DNA of 64,000 nt. Source: Antedon mediterranea. Its lineage: Eukaryota; Animalia; Echinodermata. Location: contig NC_092672.1 in the NCBI RefSeq assembly GCF_964355755.1, positions 30,696,437 to 30,760,436 of the forward strand, in the 5' to 3' direction. This document shows positions 25,905 through 39,712 of this stretch, one piece after another (position 1 is the stretch's first letter; each line of letters begins with the position of its first letter). The notes below the pieces were generated by a model that worked only from the letters and a program-made list of their open reading frames with translations, made no database searches and had not been told where the DNA came from. Both the position numbers and the translations under genes were made by a program.

Positions 25905-26600
25905 CTTACTGAAGATAAACAATATATAGTTCGAAATATTGAATAATAATGGCCTGCCTTACTTTTCATGGGGTTTGTTTTATATTGTAATATTGTCAAA
26001 TGGTTATTACATGAAGATTATCAAATAATGTTGGAAATAATTATAGAATCATAATGGCTTGCCTTATTTTTCCAGGGGTTTGTTTTATATTATTAAATAG
26101 GCCTACCTGGAGATGATTACATAATGTTGGAAATATACATAATAGCGTGCCTTACTTTTTCTGAGGTTTGTTTTATATTAGCAAATACCTGAAGATGAAC
26201 AAATAAAGTTCGAAATATATATAATCGTAATGGCTTGCTTTACTTTTTTCGGAGTTTGTTTTTACTTATATCAAATGTATTAGTGGACCCTCTGGAATTA
26301 TACATATTGTCATTAGTTATTGACTTGAATGAATGAAAATTCCTTGGAGATTCAATGAATTATTCGTTCACAACATGATTGATCCTTTACTATGCTACAA
26401 AAACAGGTACGTGTTTGCTACAGAAAGATGTATAGAAAGCAGAAAGGTAGAAACCGATAAACATTACCTAATATGGCCGTGGTGTAAAGTTATCGTGTGT
26501 GTTTATTATCAAATACATGAAGATTAAACAAATAAAGTTAGAAATATATATAGAATCATAATGGCTTGTCTTACTTTTTTCGGAGTTTGTTATCTTAGCC
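25905..26600. repeat. Degenerate tandem repeat, about 85-105 bp units
   Basis: About five recurrences of TAATGGCTTGCCTTACTTTT...GTTTGTTTT..ATATT...TGAAGAT. Confidence 0.7.
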
Positions 26601-27498
26601 TATATACATACCATTTATTAGTGGGCTCTCTGGAACTACGTATTGTGAGTGTATTATAATATGAAGTTGACCTGAGTTCAGCATAGACCTATTTTCTTTA
26701 GTCTATTGTTATTAGTTATTTACAATGAATACAAATGCCTTGAGGAGAACAGAAAGCAGCAAGGTAGAAACATTATTTCTATTTCTATTATGTACATAAT
26801 AGTACTGTAATCCAACACTGCATCAAACCATTCATAATAGAGGTAGGAATAACTATGTTGACTGATTTTTGTTTATTGTTTTGAAACATCATATTATTAC
26901 CGATGTAAGTTTAATAACCATTTTTACATATATACAAACTGTTATAGTATTTGATTTGTATATAGCTGTTAAACTACAATATTACAAGGATAACGTTATA
27001 AAACTTGTTAAAAAGCAATTACCGTACACAAAAAATGTTTTATCATATTAAATCAAATTCCAAATCAAATGTATAGTAGGCCTATTGTACAATTTAATAC
27101 AATTTTAATAAATATGTCAATCTACACTACGGGTATTGTGGGTCTATATGCAGCCGGATTGTGTGTGGAGGGAGGAGATGATTGTATATACAAGGCCATG
27201 GCCGGTTACAAAAAAAAATGCTATTCAGAAGATGTACGGTAGGCCTACAGGATGATTTATAAAATAAACCCCGTGTTTTTTGTAATATATTTTTTTATTT
27301 GATTTGATGTGATAAGTCACAATTAGAAAATTCTACAAAAAGAACATACATTTCATGATGTGTTGTTTGTACAAAAATAACTAATTATATAATAAAATAC
27401 AACTTTATACTAATTTACTAATTAAATGTTTGTAGTCTCAATCAATTCAGAATTTATTAAATTGATTATTTAGAACTTGTAATTTTATACAGACTATA

Positions 27499-27855
27499 CA
27501 GTTCTGCGGCTTGACGTCACAACGATAGAGGGCGCTGCATCCAACCAAAAAATGCGTTCAACGCTACTATGCGGTTTATAAACTGTATAGATCTGTTTTC
27601 TATCAAATTATGTATCTTAGCTTGATATTTTTAACTTAAACTGTAGTTGAAGAATAAATACATTATTAAAAACAAATATTTAGTGATCTTTGAAATTTTA
27701 GTTTGTTTTTATTGAAAATTATTAAGTTTAGTTTTAAAATGACTACTTCAATAAGAAATCATTGGTGACCTGAGAGTCAGGTTGAACGCATTTTTTTGGT
27801 TGGCTAGCACCCACGCAGCGGCACCTACCGTCATGACGTTAGCACCGCAGAACTA
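27499..27855. mobile_element. Unclassified MITE
   Basis: About 70-bp imperfect TIRs AGTTCTGCGG...CCAACCAAAAAATGCGTTCAAC / GTTGAACGCATTTTTTTGGTTGG...CCGCAGAACT. Confidence 0.65.
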
Positions 27856-28331
27856 TATTGTAGTCAATATCTTAATATAAAATATGACGTCATCTATTTT
27901 CTGTGATGACGTCATGACCAGGCTTCTTGTCACAACAAGCAGTCATTTGAAAAAGATAGAGATATGAAACGTTAATTAATACAAGTACAGGTTTTTCATT
28001 ATAGCTTGTTCAAAAAAGAAATATTATCATCATCCATAAAAGCTAAATGAAGTACTTCGAAGATATAATACTGGTCCGGCCTACTGGTCAAAATACAAAC
28101 CAAACGATAACAACTATTGTAATTTTAAAACAAACAATATTATCAAGGCACTTATATGCTTCCGTAATATTATGATCAAAATTAATCTACTATACTGATT
28201 GTATTAACCATTATCAAAGCATAAAAAATGTACTGATGATAATTATAATAATATCCATAGTTGCTTTGGAATTTATAAGTAACAATGTTAAATAGCATTA
28301 CTTTACAGAAATAAAAGAGAAATTTACTTAA

Positions 28332-28843
28332 AGATTTATTGTCCCTTTGTCAAATTAAAAAAAAAAAGATTTCGGAAAAAAGTGGGTCATTTTGAAGTAT
28401 CATAATAGTTATTAACTTTCAACAAAAATTAGTCGAAAAAAAATCATTTAACTGAAATACAGACGTTTGGTTCAAAAAATAACTTTGACTTAACTTACGA
28501 TCAAAACATATCTCATAATTGGCTACTCTGTATGCATAATCATAAAACTTCCTCGCGACCTGTGTGAAAACACCTTCTCAACCGTGACGAGTTGTAAACA
28601 ATCCTAATTAGCATCATGCATAATATATACTCATGGTTTTTAATCTTTGTTTACTTTCGCTCGCGACGATTTTCCAGACGAAATGTAATCAAATTAATTT
28701 AGATGTTAATTACGTAACATTTTTGTTTTTGGCTCGAATTTTCGACTTAAAGTGAATAACTTTAATATTACTTTGATATGGCCAATTTAAATTTAGAATA
28801 TTTTGACCTTCATTTTGTTTTTGTTTCAAGGGACAATACATCT
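28332..28843. mobile_element. Kolobok-like MITE
   Basis: TTAA TSD on both sides and a 16-bp TIR AGAT(T/G)TATTGTCCCTT. A solo left end of the same type lies at 56259. Confidence 0.75.
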
Positions 28844-29453
28844 TTAATCTTCAACATTTTAAATAAAAATTACACATAAACTACCACTATCATATTTTAA
28901 TATTCTTATTCAGTTCAATTCAATAGTATATTATCTCCCTCAAAGCAAGAAAATAGATAACAGGTTAATGATTATTAAAATCTATTATATATTTTCTTAT
29001 TTATAATAATCAAATACTGATTGTTAAAAATTAATTTAACTTCTTTTTCTTTTTTAATAGGACTTACTTACTTTAATCATTCAAACTTATGAGAAAAATA
29101 TGTTTACAATCAATTATAATTTTTGTCACAGAAACAGTTCTTGACATTTTTAGCATAAATTGAAATATTTTTTCAAGTTGTGATTATAGAATGAACATAA
29201 AGGCCTAGAAAGAATTAAATTAAAATTAGTACGTTTCTCACGTTCTTTTCATACACTTATTGTATTGTGTATGTTTTCATTAATGTTTCTGTATTCAATT
29301 TACGGTTAAGACTGTCTTCAAACGCAGTAACAATGTACTTTAGGATATATGTAGGGTAGAAACATCACAACAGTAAAATAGAGATAATAAACATTTAACA
29401 AACTTGAATGACGGTCAAATGGTGGTTTACTCTAAAAACGTATTCATTATCTC

Positions 29454-30082
29454 TCAAACGAATGTATTTATGGTAATGTTTGGTGTCAATGCTATCGGAT
29501 TTGTTTTCCTTCTTTTCCCCCTTTTCTCCTCTTTCTCTTCTCCTCTCTTCCTCTTTTCTCTTTTTATCGAATCTTGCCTTTCCAATATTTCAGCACCCAC
29601 AATTATCTCATTCTCCTTCAGATAGTCGGTAAATGAAGGCAATTTATGTTCCGTTAGGATACCCCTTTGTTCAAGATCTAGTATCACAGTCCACACATTT
29701 TTCCTTCGTCTGTTAGAAACATTCTTTAGATCAGCAAGCTTTGTTAAGTCGCGGTCGGAAAGTGAATTGCCGAATGCTATCACTTTCTGTACATATGGCG
29801 AGAAAGATGTTACACGATGGTCTTCTGTGTTATCATACGTATCTTGCAGCTGTTTGCTTACCCCAAGAACACCACGAACATTAATGACATTAATTGTGTC
29901 GATAAGAATTTTAATGTTGGTAGGTGACATATCACCAGAGCGCTCTAATAACCTGAACAAATCCATCGTACATGTAACTGCTTGTAGTTTACCGAAAGAT
30001 GGCACCTTGTCTTTGTAAAACACAGTCATCTAGTATCAAACCATTTCGAAATGTCTACCAACATATTCTGATATCCTTTTGC
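29454..30082 (-). pseudogene. Tandem DED-like exon, frameshifted
   Basis: Acceptor followed by KGYQNMLVDISKWFDT, then a 16-nt deletion relative to the 36.5-kb paralog. Continues as MTVFYKD...MDLFRLLERSGDMSPTNIKILIDTI...VWTVILDLEQRGIL, i.e. two DED-like repeats (my pattern recognition, no HMM run). Confidence 0.7.
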
Positions 30083-31931
30083 TTAAAAAGAGAACATGGA
30101 AAGAATATTGATTATTACGATTGGATTTTTATTATACTGTGTTAGGCTTATATACTCCTCATATAGGCCTACAGTATGTATTATAGAGTACTCCAATAAA
30201 TGTGCGTCACGCTTTCTTAGGCGAATAGTAGAGGAGAACCAAATTAGAGAGTATTTCGAAGGTGACGGGAATCTGAGTACGATACAGCATAACCACGGGT
30301 TTTATGGACCATTTTATTTTAATCATACCAAATAATAGTCCATGGGCCAGACATTTTTTCGGTATCAAATTGGTGGCAAATGCTACCATACATTTTTGGA
30401 AAGCTTAATATGTCTACTTTTCAGAAATCCATGATAGCAATGCCAATTGTACAGCTTAATAGTCATTTTTGAGGATTATATAACACCGCCTACGGAAAAT
30501 ATGCACCACAAAATTTTGGGGTAGGGAGTAACACTTTTGCTAATAACTCGGGATTTAATTAACAAATTTGCATTTTCTTGGTATCAATATGTAGTGTATA
30601 GACAGCTTAAGTGTAAATCCAACAATTATTGACGCCATTAGAGGTCAGAAGGTCATTGAACTTTAATAAAAAATTATTTTTTGTCTAATATTAACTTATA
30701 ACTTTTAGTTTTTAACAAAAAAAATACAATAGATGTTATGCAAACTGATGTTTTCATGAACATATAGACCCAATAAACAAGAAAATTGAAGTTAAAGATT
30801 AACAAAATATGAATATGCTGTGTATTATGAAGAAATTTGTTGTTTTTAGTAATTTGTAATCGTTTACAATTATGGGGTAGGGGGTAACATTTTTGCGAAT
30901 AACTTACAATTTAGTTAACAAATTTGCATTTTCTTGCTATCAATATGTAGTGTATAGATTGCCTAATTCTAATATACTTCTTTTTAAAAATGAATCCCGC
31001 ATTTGTTGACATCTTTAGAGGTCAAAAGGTCACTGACCTTTAATAAAAAATGCAATTTCTTCTAAATTAGCTTATAAATTTCAATTTTAAACACAAAAAT
31101 ACAGGAAATCTTATGCAAACTAATGTTTTCTTAAACCTATAGACACAATAAATAAGAAAATTGAATTTAACATTTTTTCTAAATTGAATATGCTGTGCAT
31201 TATAAAGAAACTTGTTCGTCATTAGTAATTTGTGACAATTATGGGGTAGGGGGTAACGTTTTTGCAAATAACTTAAGATTTAGTGAACAGATTTACATTT
31301 TCATGTTATCATTATGTAGTGTATGGATTTCATTATTGTAATATACTTTTTTTAAATGAATCCAGCATCTATTGACGTCTTTAGAGGTCAAAAGGTCAAT
31401 AACCTTCAATCAAAAATGCAATTTCTTCTAAATTAACTTATACATTTCAATTTTAAACACAAACTTACAAAAGATCTTTATGGTGATGTTTTCCTAAACA
31501 TATAGACACAATGAATAAGAAAATTGAAATTAAACAAACAAATATTCTATGAATTTATGAAGAAATTTTGTCCGTTACTAATAATTTGTTATTAACAATT
31601 ATAGGGTAAGGGGTAACATTTTTTCTAATAACTTTGTATTTAGTGATCAAATTTGCATTTTTTTGTATTAATAATGTACTGTGTAGGTTGCCTAATTGTT
31701 ATATTCATGTTGAAAAAGTAAAACGTAACATATTGACATCATTGTAGGTCAAAGGATCATTGAACATTAACAAAAAATACAATTTCGTCCAAATTTAACA
31801 TTAATAAAGTTTCAATTTTAAACACAAAAATACAACACATCTATTACAAACTGGTTTTTTTTTTTAAACCTATAAAGACAATGTACAAATACAAATTAAA
31901 GTTAAAGATTAAACACAAATAAACATGTATA

Positions 31932-32252
31932 GGCCCAGTGAGTGAGTGGCCGAGCGGTTAAGACAGTGGAACCGTAATCACGTAGCCATAACATCGGCAG
32001 GGGTTCGAGGCTCACTCACTCCATGGTTCTGGTGGTAGAACGAGTCTTCTCGGATAAGGACTATAAACCGTAGGTCCAGTGTACACAACTTGCTCGTGTG
32101 TACTTTAAAGAACCTAGTACATCTTTCGAGACGAGTAGGGGGTTACCCCGGTGTATTAGTACATCACAGCCACTGATCACCAACTGGGCCCTCTGGGAGA
32201 TCAGTCTTTGACTGAAGAGGTCACCCAGTATAAAGATAAAACAAACAAACAA
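31932..32252 (+). mobile_element. tRNA-derived SINE, full length
   Basis: A box TGGCCGAGCGG, B box GGTTCGAGGC, a LINE-like 3' end and an (AAAC)n tail. Highly similar to 54568-54893. Confidence 0.9.
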
Positions 32253-32727
32253 TATGAAGAATTTTGACCGTATTAGTAATTTGTAATCCTCAAAAATTAT
32301 GGGGTAAGGGGTAACATTTTCGCTAATAACTTTGAATTTATTGAACATATTTTGAATTTCTTGGTAACAATAAGTAGGGTACTGTATAAACTGTTTAATT
32401 AAAAATTGTTATATCAAAAAATTATGCAACATTTTGATCTCAAATAATAGTGGTTGTGTAGTTTTATTTAAAGCCTGTAGACACAATTTTAGTATTTAGT
32501 GTTGTTGTGGGGTACAAAATAACATTATGCATGACTTGTTGGAGGGTATAAAGTATTGAAAAAAAAATTAATGATTTTGTTTTAATATGAGGATAGGAGC
32601 TTTATAAAAACATATATTTCATCGTGAAATTACAGGGTGGATAAACTATTTTATAATTTATCGTGATTATAAACTAAGTCTCACTTAAATCTTAAGGAGT
32701 GGAGTTGAAAGAGTCGTGAGTTACAAG

Positions 32728-32806
32728 CCTGGCACTAGGTCAGGATTGAACCCCGGAACTTGGGATTGGAAGGCAAGCATGTTAACCACCAAGCTACAGC
32801 TCCACT
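32728..32806 (-). mobile_element. tRNA-like SINE head of a second family (Gly-TCC-like)
   Basis: The minus strand reads GGAGCTGTAGCTTGGTGGTTAACATGCTTGCCTTCCAATCCCAAGTTCCGGGGTTCAATCC. A and B boxes are present but the acceptor stem is poor. Confidence 0.6.
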
Positions 32807-35800
32807 ACTTTAGATAGGGTATTTGGTTATTTTTTAAATACATATCCTCCGGCTACTGTTTTTAGGCTATACTGTATAAATTGTTATTATTTTACAGATT
32901 GTACTTTAAATCAATTAATCGACTTATATAGTAATTTTAAAAATGACACTAGGGCCTACCAATTAAATTTGTATTTAAAAGATATTCTTTATCTATAAAT
33001 GTTCATCTGACATTTTCCTGTATCTTGGTTTACAAAATTGAACTCCGTAACAATATGTAAATGTTTCAGATCTGCATATCAGCTGCAGTTCAGTAGCAAT
33101 TCACACTTTCTCGAAAAATTAATTCTATTATATTACATCGTCAAATTCCAGTAAAGCCTACATCATTTAAAACAACTGGGTATATATAGAAATCTTTAAA
33201 AGACATGATTTTGTTATCGCAAACTGAAGTATGATCTTGTGCAATGTTCCTTGACATTTTGGAATGTGATACTTTGCAAGTTTCCCGATTTTGATCAACG
33301 TTACCGTTAATATCTTTTAAAATGTTATGAAAAAGCTGACGAAAATACTAGAACCAAGTACACTGGTACAGCACGTTATAGTCTTCAGTCTGTATTCTCT
33401 AGAGATGTGAAGGGCATCCAACAATGGATAGAAACACTATTTGGCTCAGTGGCGTCTGTGAGCAATGAGAAAAATGTAAAGTATGCATGACAGTCTCTTC
33501 TGAAGATGTACCAGATATGATTTTTCCTTCCTGTGTAAATTGTATTGACTGGACCTTCTCACCTAACTTTAGGTGGTTGTGTCAGAGTTATCCTCCAATA
33601 TAATTGTTAATTTCCATGTCAATGTCTCTCTCGACACAATAGTTTGGGTCATTTCCAGGAGTCCAGAAAATACAAAGAGACTGAAGACCGTAACATGCTG
33701 CACCAGTGTTCTTGGTTAAAACATTGGTTAATAGATATTAATGGTAACCTTGATCAAAATGGAGAAAACTTACAACCACCTTCGACCATGCCAAGATACA
33801 TGGAACATACTTTAAACTGCGATATGAAAACATAGAGATATCCAGTTCTTTCAAACGTATGTGGAAGATGTGGAAGTGCAGCTAATATGAAAATCTAAAA
33901 AATTGACATATTAATGAGTTTGAATAAACTAACTGTTTTCTTTAAATCAAGATGAAGTAAAATGTAATTGTCCTGTAATATTACATAACCATAACAGTTT
34001 TTTTTAGAAAACTATCTCATTTGCATTTGCAAACCAGATGAACAATTATAACCTTAGAATATCTTATCAGTTACAAATAAAAGATATAATTGGTAATCTA
34101 AACAATTTCTATGATTACTATAGACAATTGAATGTTTAGAATATGTAAATTATAAAAAACAATTAACAACACAGAAGCTGGATATGTTTATTAATTATCC
34201 TCATATTTAAATTTCATTTATTTTAATTAATATTAAATCAAATAATGTATAGCTTCCAAAAAGTCATGCAGTTTGTTATTTCGTACCCCATAACAATACT
34301 AAACGGTGAATTTTTTTCTATAGGTTAAAACGTTACCCCTTACCCCATTATTGTCAAAGATAACTAATGACGAAAACATTTCTTTATAATGCACAGCATA
34401 TTCAATTTTGAAAAAATGTTAACTTCAATTTTCTTATTTATTGTCTCTATAGGTTTAAGAAAACATTAGTTTGCATAAGATATCTTGTATTTTTGTGTTT
34501 AAAATTGAAATTTTATAAGCTAATTTAGAAGAAATTGCATTTTTTATTAAAGGTCAGTGACCTTTTGACCTCTAAAGATGTCAATAAATGCGGGATTCAA
34601 TTTTAAAAAATATATTACAATTAGGCAATCTATACACTACATACTGATAGCAAGAAAATGCAAATATGTTAACTAAATTGTAAGTTATTTGCAAAAATGT
34701 TACCCTCTACCCCATAATTGTAACTGATTACAAATTACTAAAAACAACAAATTTCTTCATAATACTCAGCATATTCATATTTTGTTAATCTTTAACTTCA
34801 ATTTTCTTGTTTATTGGGTCTATATGTTCATGAAAACATCAGTTTGCATAACATCTATTGAATTTCTTTTGTTAAAAACTGAAAGTTATAAGTTAATATT
34901 AGACAAAAAATCATTTTTTACTAAAGTTCAATGACCTTCTGATCTCTAATGGCGTCAATAATTGTTGGATTTACTTAGAAAAATATATTACACTTAAGCA
35001 GTCTATACACTACATATTGATACCAAGAAAATGCAAATCTGTTTATTAAATCCCGAGTTATTAGCAAAAGTGTTACACCCTACCCCAAAATTTTGTGGTG
35101 CATATTTTCCGTAGGCGGTGTTATATAATCCTAAAAAATGACTATTAAGCTGTACAATTGGCATTGCTATCATGGATTTCTGAAAAGTAGACATATTAAG
35201 CTTTTCAAAAATGTATAGTAGCATTTGCCACCAATTTGATACTGCTTTCTCAAAAAACTGGACCTGGCCCATGGACTATAATGAACGCTGTTTGAAAGTA
35301 GGAGCCATTTTAATTTATTTAAAAACTCTTTTGTGTTTTTGTTTAATTATATAACTAGCTAGACACAATTTCTAACAACACTGTTGGATAAGAAGCCAAC
35401 GTACACTTATGTTGGTTTCTGCCAGGAATATTTAGTTTTAAATTTTAAATAGAAATAAGCATCTTCTGTAATTCCCTTTTCATTAAATTATTAATAGTAA
35501 AAATAACACATTAAACAACATACCTCCACAGTCATGAAAAGAACTGGTATTTGTAGTTCCGTATGTCACCTATTTTTTAGAAATGGAGGAATAAAATTAC
35601 TATATTTGTTTTCATTTCTTTTTGTATTACTTTTTATCAGAAAGTCTTTTTTAAATTCCATATAGAGTCATTATATGTTATTTTTAAAACATTGGCGTTT
35701 TCAAACCGTTCATGTACTATGTCATAGAATAAATATATCCAGATAGTCAATATAGACCTACAAAGTATAACATTTAGAAGTGTAACGAAAGTAATAATCA

Positions 35801-36058
35801 AAAAGTTTTAGCAAAGGTGTATTTAGGCGGTTTATTATGATCTTTCATATGACTATTATACTTTAGCACACCCGTTTCCTGGAGTCTCTGGCTATAGTAG
35901 TCCTCCAAACTAAACGTAGCCTCTACTATTATAGTGGGATAGGAACAAAAGAGAACAGGAGATATAAATATATTGAATAGAGATTCAGTTAACAATTATG
36001 AATGTTTAAACGTGCTTAAAAATAACGGTTTAATATTAAATAAATATAATCAACGAAC

Positions 36059-36609
36059 CTGATCCGGTCCGGTGTCAATGTTGGTGGATCTTTCCTTTCC
36101 AATATATCAGCACCCACAGTTATGTCATTCTTCTTTAGAGAGTGGACAAAGGATGGCAATTTATCTCCCATTAGAATACCCCGTTGTTCAATATCAAGTA
36201 TCATAGTCCATTCGTTGTTCCTTCGTCTGTTAGAAACACTCTTTTGATCGGCAAGCTTTGATACACCTCTTTCTGAAAGTGCATCACGGAATTGTATCAC
36301 CTTTTGCCAATACGACGAGAAAGATGTCACGTCATGATCTGTATTATCATTATCATGTCTTGCAGTTCTTGACTGACCTTCAGAACACCATGAGTACCAG
36401 TAACAGTAATCGTGTCGATTAGGGCTTTAGTGTTGGTAGTGGAAAGAACACCAGACCGTTCTTATAATTTGAACAAATCCATCGTGCATTTAACTTTTTT
36501 GAGATCACCGAAAGATCGTACATGATCTTTGTACAACACAATCAGCTTATCAAGACACTTATTTGTATCAAACCATTTCGACACACTTAAAACATATCAC
36601 AATTCTTTT
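36059..36609 (-). pseudogene. Tandem DED-like exon with stop and frameshift
   Basis: AG/GT-bounded. Reads VSKWFDTNKCLDKLIVLYKDH...TMDLFKL*ERSGVLSTTNTKALIDTI, then after a frameshift TSFSSYWQKVIQF...WTMILDIEQRGIL. A clear paralog of 29454-30082. Confidence 0.75.
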
Positions 36610-37288
36610 CTGCATAAGAACAATATACAAATAAAATGTTGAGTATTATCATTAGTATTCATTAACAGTGTATCGTGTGTCGATAACGCCTTCATGTCCA
36701 ATACTTAGAACAGAGTAACAAGTACGAGGATTTCTGATCACTTGGCCACCATTTAACACAGTCATGGTTGTATCAACCCTTTAGTTTAACTTATGGAAAT
36801 ATAAGAGGCTGTATCTTTGCAGTCATTACAAAATAAAAATTGATGTGCGGTAGGCCTATTTATTTGTAGGCCAGAGAATATTTTATATCAGAGTTAAATA
36901 AATCATAACATAAATCATCTTAGATAATAATGATTTACAATTAATCTTGTAAGATTCAATCTCCTATATAGTAAGAGAGGGCCTGAAAACTGTCACGGCT
37001 CCTAGTGTTTAACTAATCTGTGAATTATTTAAAATACATGAAACTGTTTTATTTTATATTTTCATAAAGAGTCGTTTGATTGTTTAGTTACCCAGCTAGA
37101 CATGCTTTTTATCCTAACCACTATCGAAAAAAAAGTAATGTTATAACAATGTTGAATACATTATTTTAATTGAACTCCAATCCCTGAGAAAGAAAGAGAA
37201 AAAAAAGTGTAGGCTACGATACGTTCTCATTAGACTCAGCCAAAGCATTTATGTAATCATTTGGTTGTTGACTAAAATGTATATATAC

Positions 37289-37312
37289 CTTGAGCTTGTT
37301 TTCTTGCTTGCT
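37289..37312 (-). pseudogene. Candidate 24-nt phase-1 micro-exon (EQARKQAQ)
   Basis: tag|AGCAAG...GCTCAAG|gtatat. Shares the GCTCAAG|gta end with 38429-38464. Confidence 0.4.
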
Positions 37313-37505
37313 CTACCCATTTTGGATTAAAGAAAAAGAAAAAAATATTACAAAAATGAGTTTGAATTGGTTTTAATAAATTTTACAGATAAAGGAACAC
37401 CTTCATCATGCTCTCGCTCTTATATAGCGCTCATATACCCTTTCTCAACTTACACCGCGGTATCATCCAGTTAGCACTACATATAAAATGAACCATCTCT
37501 TATAC

Positions 37506-38296
37506 CAAAGAATATATATCACAAGAATGAGTGTTCCGCGATTTTCCCTGTAACAGTAATATTGTCCATGTGGTAGGGCGCCGCCATGAGTGAGGATGTA
37601 TCTGGGATGTATACAACTTTTTGTGTGACGGTTTCACTAATCAAAGGCTGAACCACCGGTAGTATTTTCATGATAAAAAATGTTATCAACTACATGCCAA
37701 CATCATGTTAAATTTAGTAAAAACTGCCGTATAAACAGTTCGCTTTATCAACCGGGCGCTACGATAGCGTGACCGGGCGTGTTGGCTTTTACGCGTTTTC
37801 GCGAAGGATAGTTTAATAATATTCCTATATTTAACTTGTTTCTGGTAAAACAAATAAATGTCAATAACATTTAACATTTTATCCTATTAATAACATGTAT
37901 TTTATACTAATTTATATCATAAAAACAATACTTAATTTACCGGGCGTAGAGTAGTACGCGGCAATGGTAAAGAATAGGCCGTGCTGAGTAACGATTCGAT
38001 GATTTTTGGTGTTGCTGTGTTAGGCCTTTTTTGTGAACTAATTTAGCATGTTAGTAAATAATTGTCTTTAAAAGTGAATGTACACTAGTTTGTTAATAAA
38101 TATGTATTATAAAATAGTTTACAATTGCAAAATATATTATCATAATTCTATGTAATGTGACATGTATAATATCTATTAAATCAATTCTTATTTAGTATAT
38201 ATACATCCGCCCTTATGAGGGCGGGCATCACTTTCTGGAGCTCTCTGTTACAAATTTATCACGCGGAATACTCATTCTTGTGATATATATTCTTTG
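37506..38296. mobile_element. Non-autonomous P-element-like MITE, copy 2 (inverted relative to copy 1)
   Basis: TIR CAAAGAATATATATCACAAGAATGAGT with a 7-bp TSD CTTATAC (37499-37505, 38297-38303). Confidence 0.87.
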
Positions 38297-38428
38297 CTTA
38301 TACTCAAAACCATAACCCCTATCACTTTTTTTGGCAGCCTCTTTTTTTCATCACTAAATTGACTCAAGGACTTATGTAGTTAGTTCTTGATCCATTTTTT
38401 ATACGAACAAACACATTAGCATACATAC

Positions 38429-38464
38429 CTTGAGCTAATCGTTCTTGTTCCAATTCCTTTATGG
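38429..38464 (-). pseudogene. Candidate 36-nt phase-1 micro-exon (IKELEQERLAQ)
   Basis: Polypyrimidine tract and ttag|CCATAAAG...GCTCAAG|gtatgt. Open frame encoding a coiled-coil-like peptide. Confidence 0.55.
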
Positions 38465-38856
38465 CTAAAAAGGAGTAAAATGTTTGAATTTAATAAGTTA
38501 ATCTTACCGAAAATAAAAACTTCTACTACATCATCACCCCACATTTGTGTTCATACAACAATTGTCCATTTTGTAAAAGAATATTGACACCATCTTCACA
38601 CCATCTACTTTCAGTGGCAGCCTCTTTGCTATTATTATTATTACACTATTGCCTCAAGAACTAATAAATGTGATTATAAATCTTTGATTCACTACCGTAT
38701 TGTTTAATATACATTAGAGTACAAATACCATAAACCTTTCTTCTTAATCGCTCAATTTTTTGTTTATAAAACAAGTGGGTTCAAATTAGTTCAGTAATTC
38801 ATAAAGAAACAAAATACATCTTGACATGCACCATACTTTCAAGGCATGATCATTTT

Positions 38857-39646
38857 GGTTACAGATCATTTCGGTCGCGTTTGAAATCGCGTGTCGAATC
38901 AGTCACTTTTAAAATCGTCGCGTTTCGAATCGGTCGCGTATGTGGCAAGACAAATCTGCCTTATGTATATTTTTCCCGACATGATGCAAGGGAAAAAAGG
39001 TAGGTACAGTAACATTATTTTTATTGCAACAAATAGACGAAATGTAGCCTACCCAATATAATTATATCATATATATATATCATTAATATTTCTGGACAAA
39101 TTTTTTTTGATGGAAATTATATAGTTGATTAAAAACACATTGAAGTCTTTCTCATTTGTTTTCAATTAAAAATTTCTGATGGAAATTATATAGATAATTA
39201 AAGACACATTAAAATCTTTTTCATTGGTTTTCAATAGTCTCTTAGATGCATTATTATCGTACACATTTTAAAAAAAATAATCAAAATCAAACAAATACGA
39301 TAGACTGCAGTCGTGTTCTATTAGATTTCAAACTAATCATTATCCTTCTTTCTACAAAATGTTGCTGTATTTCTTAGTCATGTAATGAGAAAAAGTCCAT
39401 TAAGTTAACATTCAAATTAATTATAACGAACGTAATAAATACTGTAGTACTCATAAAGCGACACTGGCCGCCGTTATATTGGCGAACGGCGCTCCATACT
39501 ATCAGCTAATTTACGTACGAAATCAAGCAGTGCAGCGACTAAAACCATGGAGGTATAAAATAAAATATACCTCCATGCTAAAACATAACACCACGACCGA
39601 TGTGAAACACGAATGATTTCAACCAGGACCGAAATGATCGGTTACC
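38857..39646. mobile_element. Degraded MULE/Foldback-like element
   Basis: Imperfect TIR GGTTACAGATCATTTCGGTC / GACCGAAATGATCGGTTACC with ATCGGTCGCG subrepeats. Related to the element starting at 63468. Confidence 0.55.
39546..39577. mobile_element. P-element-like excision scar (32 bp)
   Basis: CATGGAGGTATA-AAATAAAA-TATACCTCCATG flanked by the exact 7-bp repeat CTAAAAC. Confidence 0.75.
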
Positions 39647-39694
39647 ACCATACCATTACCCTGAAAGACCGTTGGCAAAAATGTATAGTTGAAC

Positions 39695-39712
39695 CATGGA
39701 GATTTCTCCATG
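39695..39712. mobile_element. P-element-like excision scar (18 bp)
   Basis: CATGGAGATTTCTCCATG flanked by the exact 7-bp repeat GTTGAAC. Confidence 0.75.

Larger units (their letters stand above)
30336..35278. mobile_element. Non-autonomous Academ-like element with kb-long, internally repetitive TIRs
   Basis: Termini TAGTCCATGGG...CCCATGGACTA and a 3-bp TSD TAA. The arms are built of ~360-bp units marked by GGGGTAGGGGGTAAC (5 left, 3 right). Confidence 0.8.

Noticed and set aside
1614-28300. Numerous 60-140 aa ORFs in the ORF track outside the LINE
   Set aside because: They have low-complexity, AT-driven composition with no recognisable motifs, and most lie within non-coding repeats. They are chance ORFs.
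29454-30029. Intact 191-aa gene as listed in the ORF track
   Set aside because: Homology to the 36.5-kb paralog extends upstream of the ATG across a 16-nt frameshifting deletion, so it is a damaged internal exon. Translation from the internal ATG cannot be excluded.
31935-32025. Functional tRNA gene (also 54568-54655 and 32728-32806)
   Set aside because: The cloverleaf is imperfect, and in the main family the tRNA-like head continues into a shared body and LINE-like tail. These are SINE heads.
9216-38296. One 29-kb element bounded by the inverted 800-bp repeats
   Set aside because: Each copy has its own TIR pair and its own distinct 7-bp TSD, so they are independent insertions.
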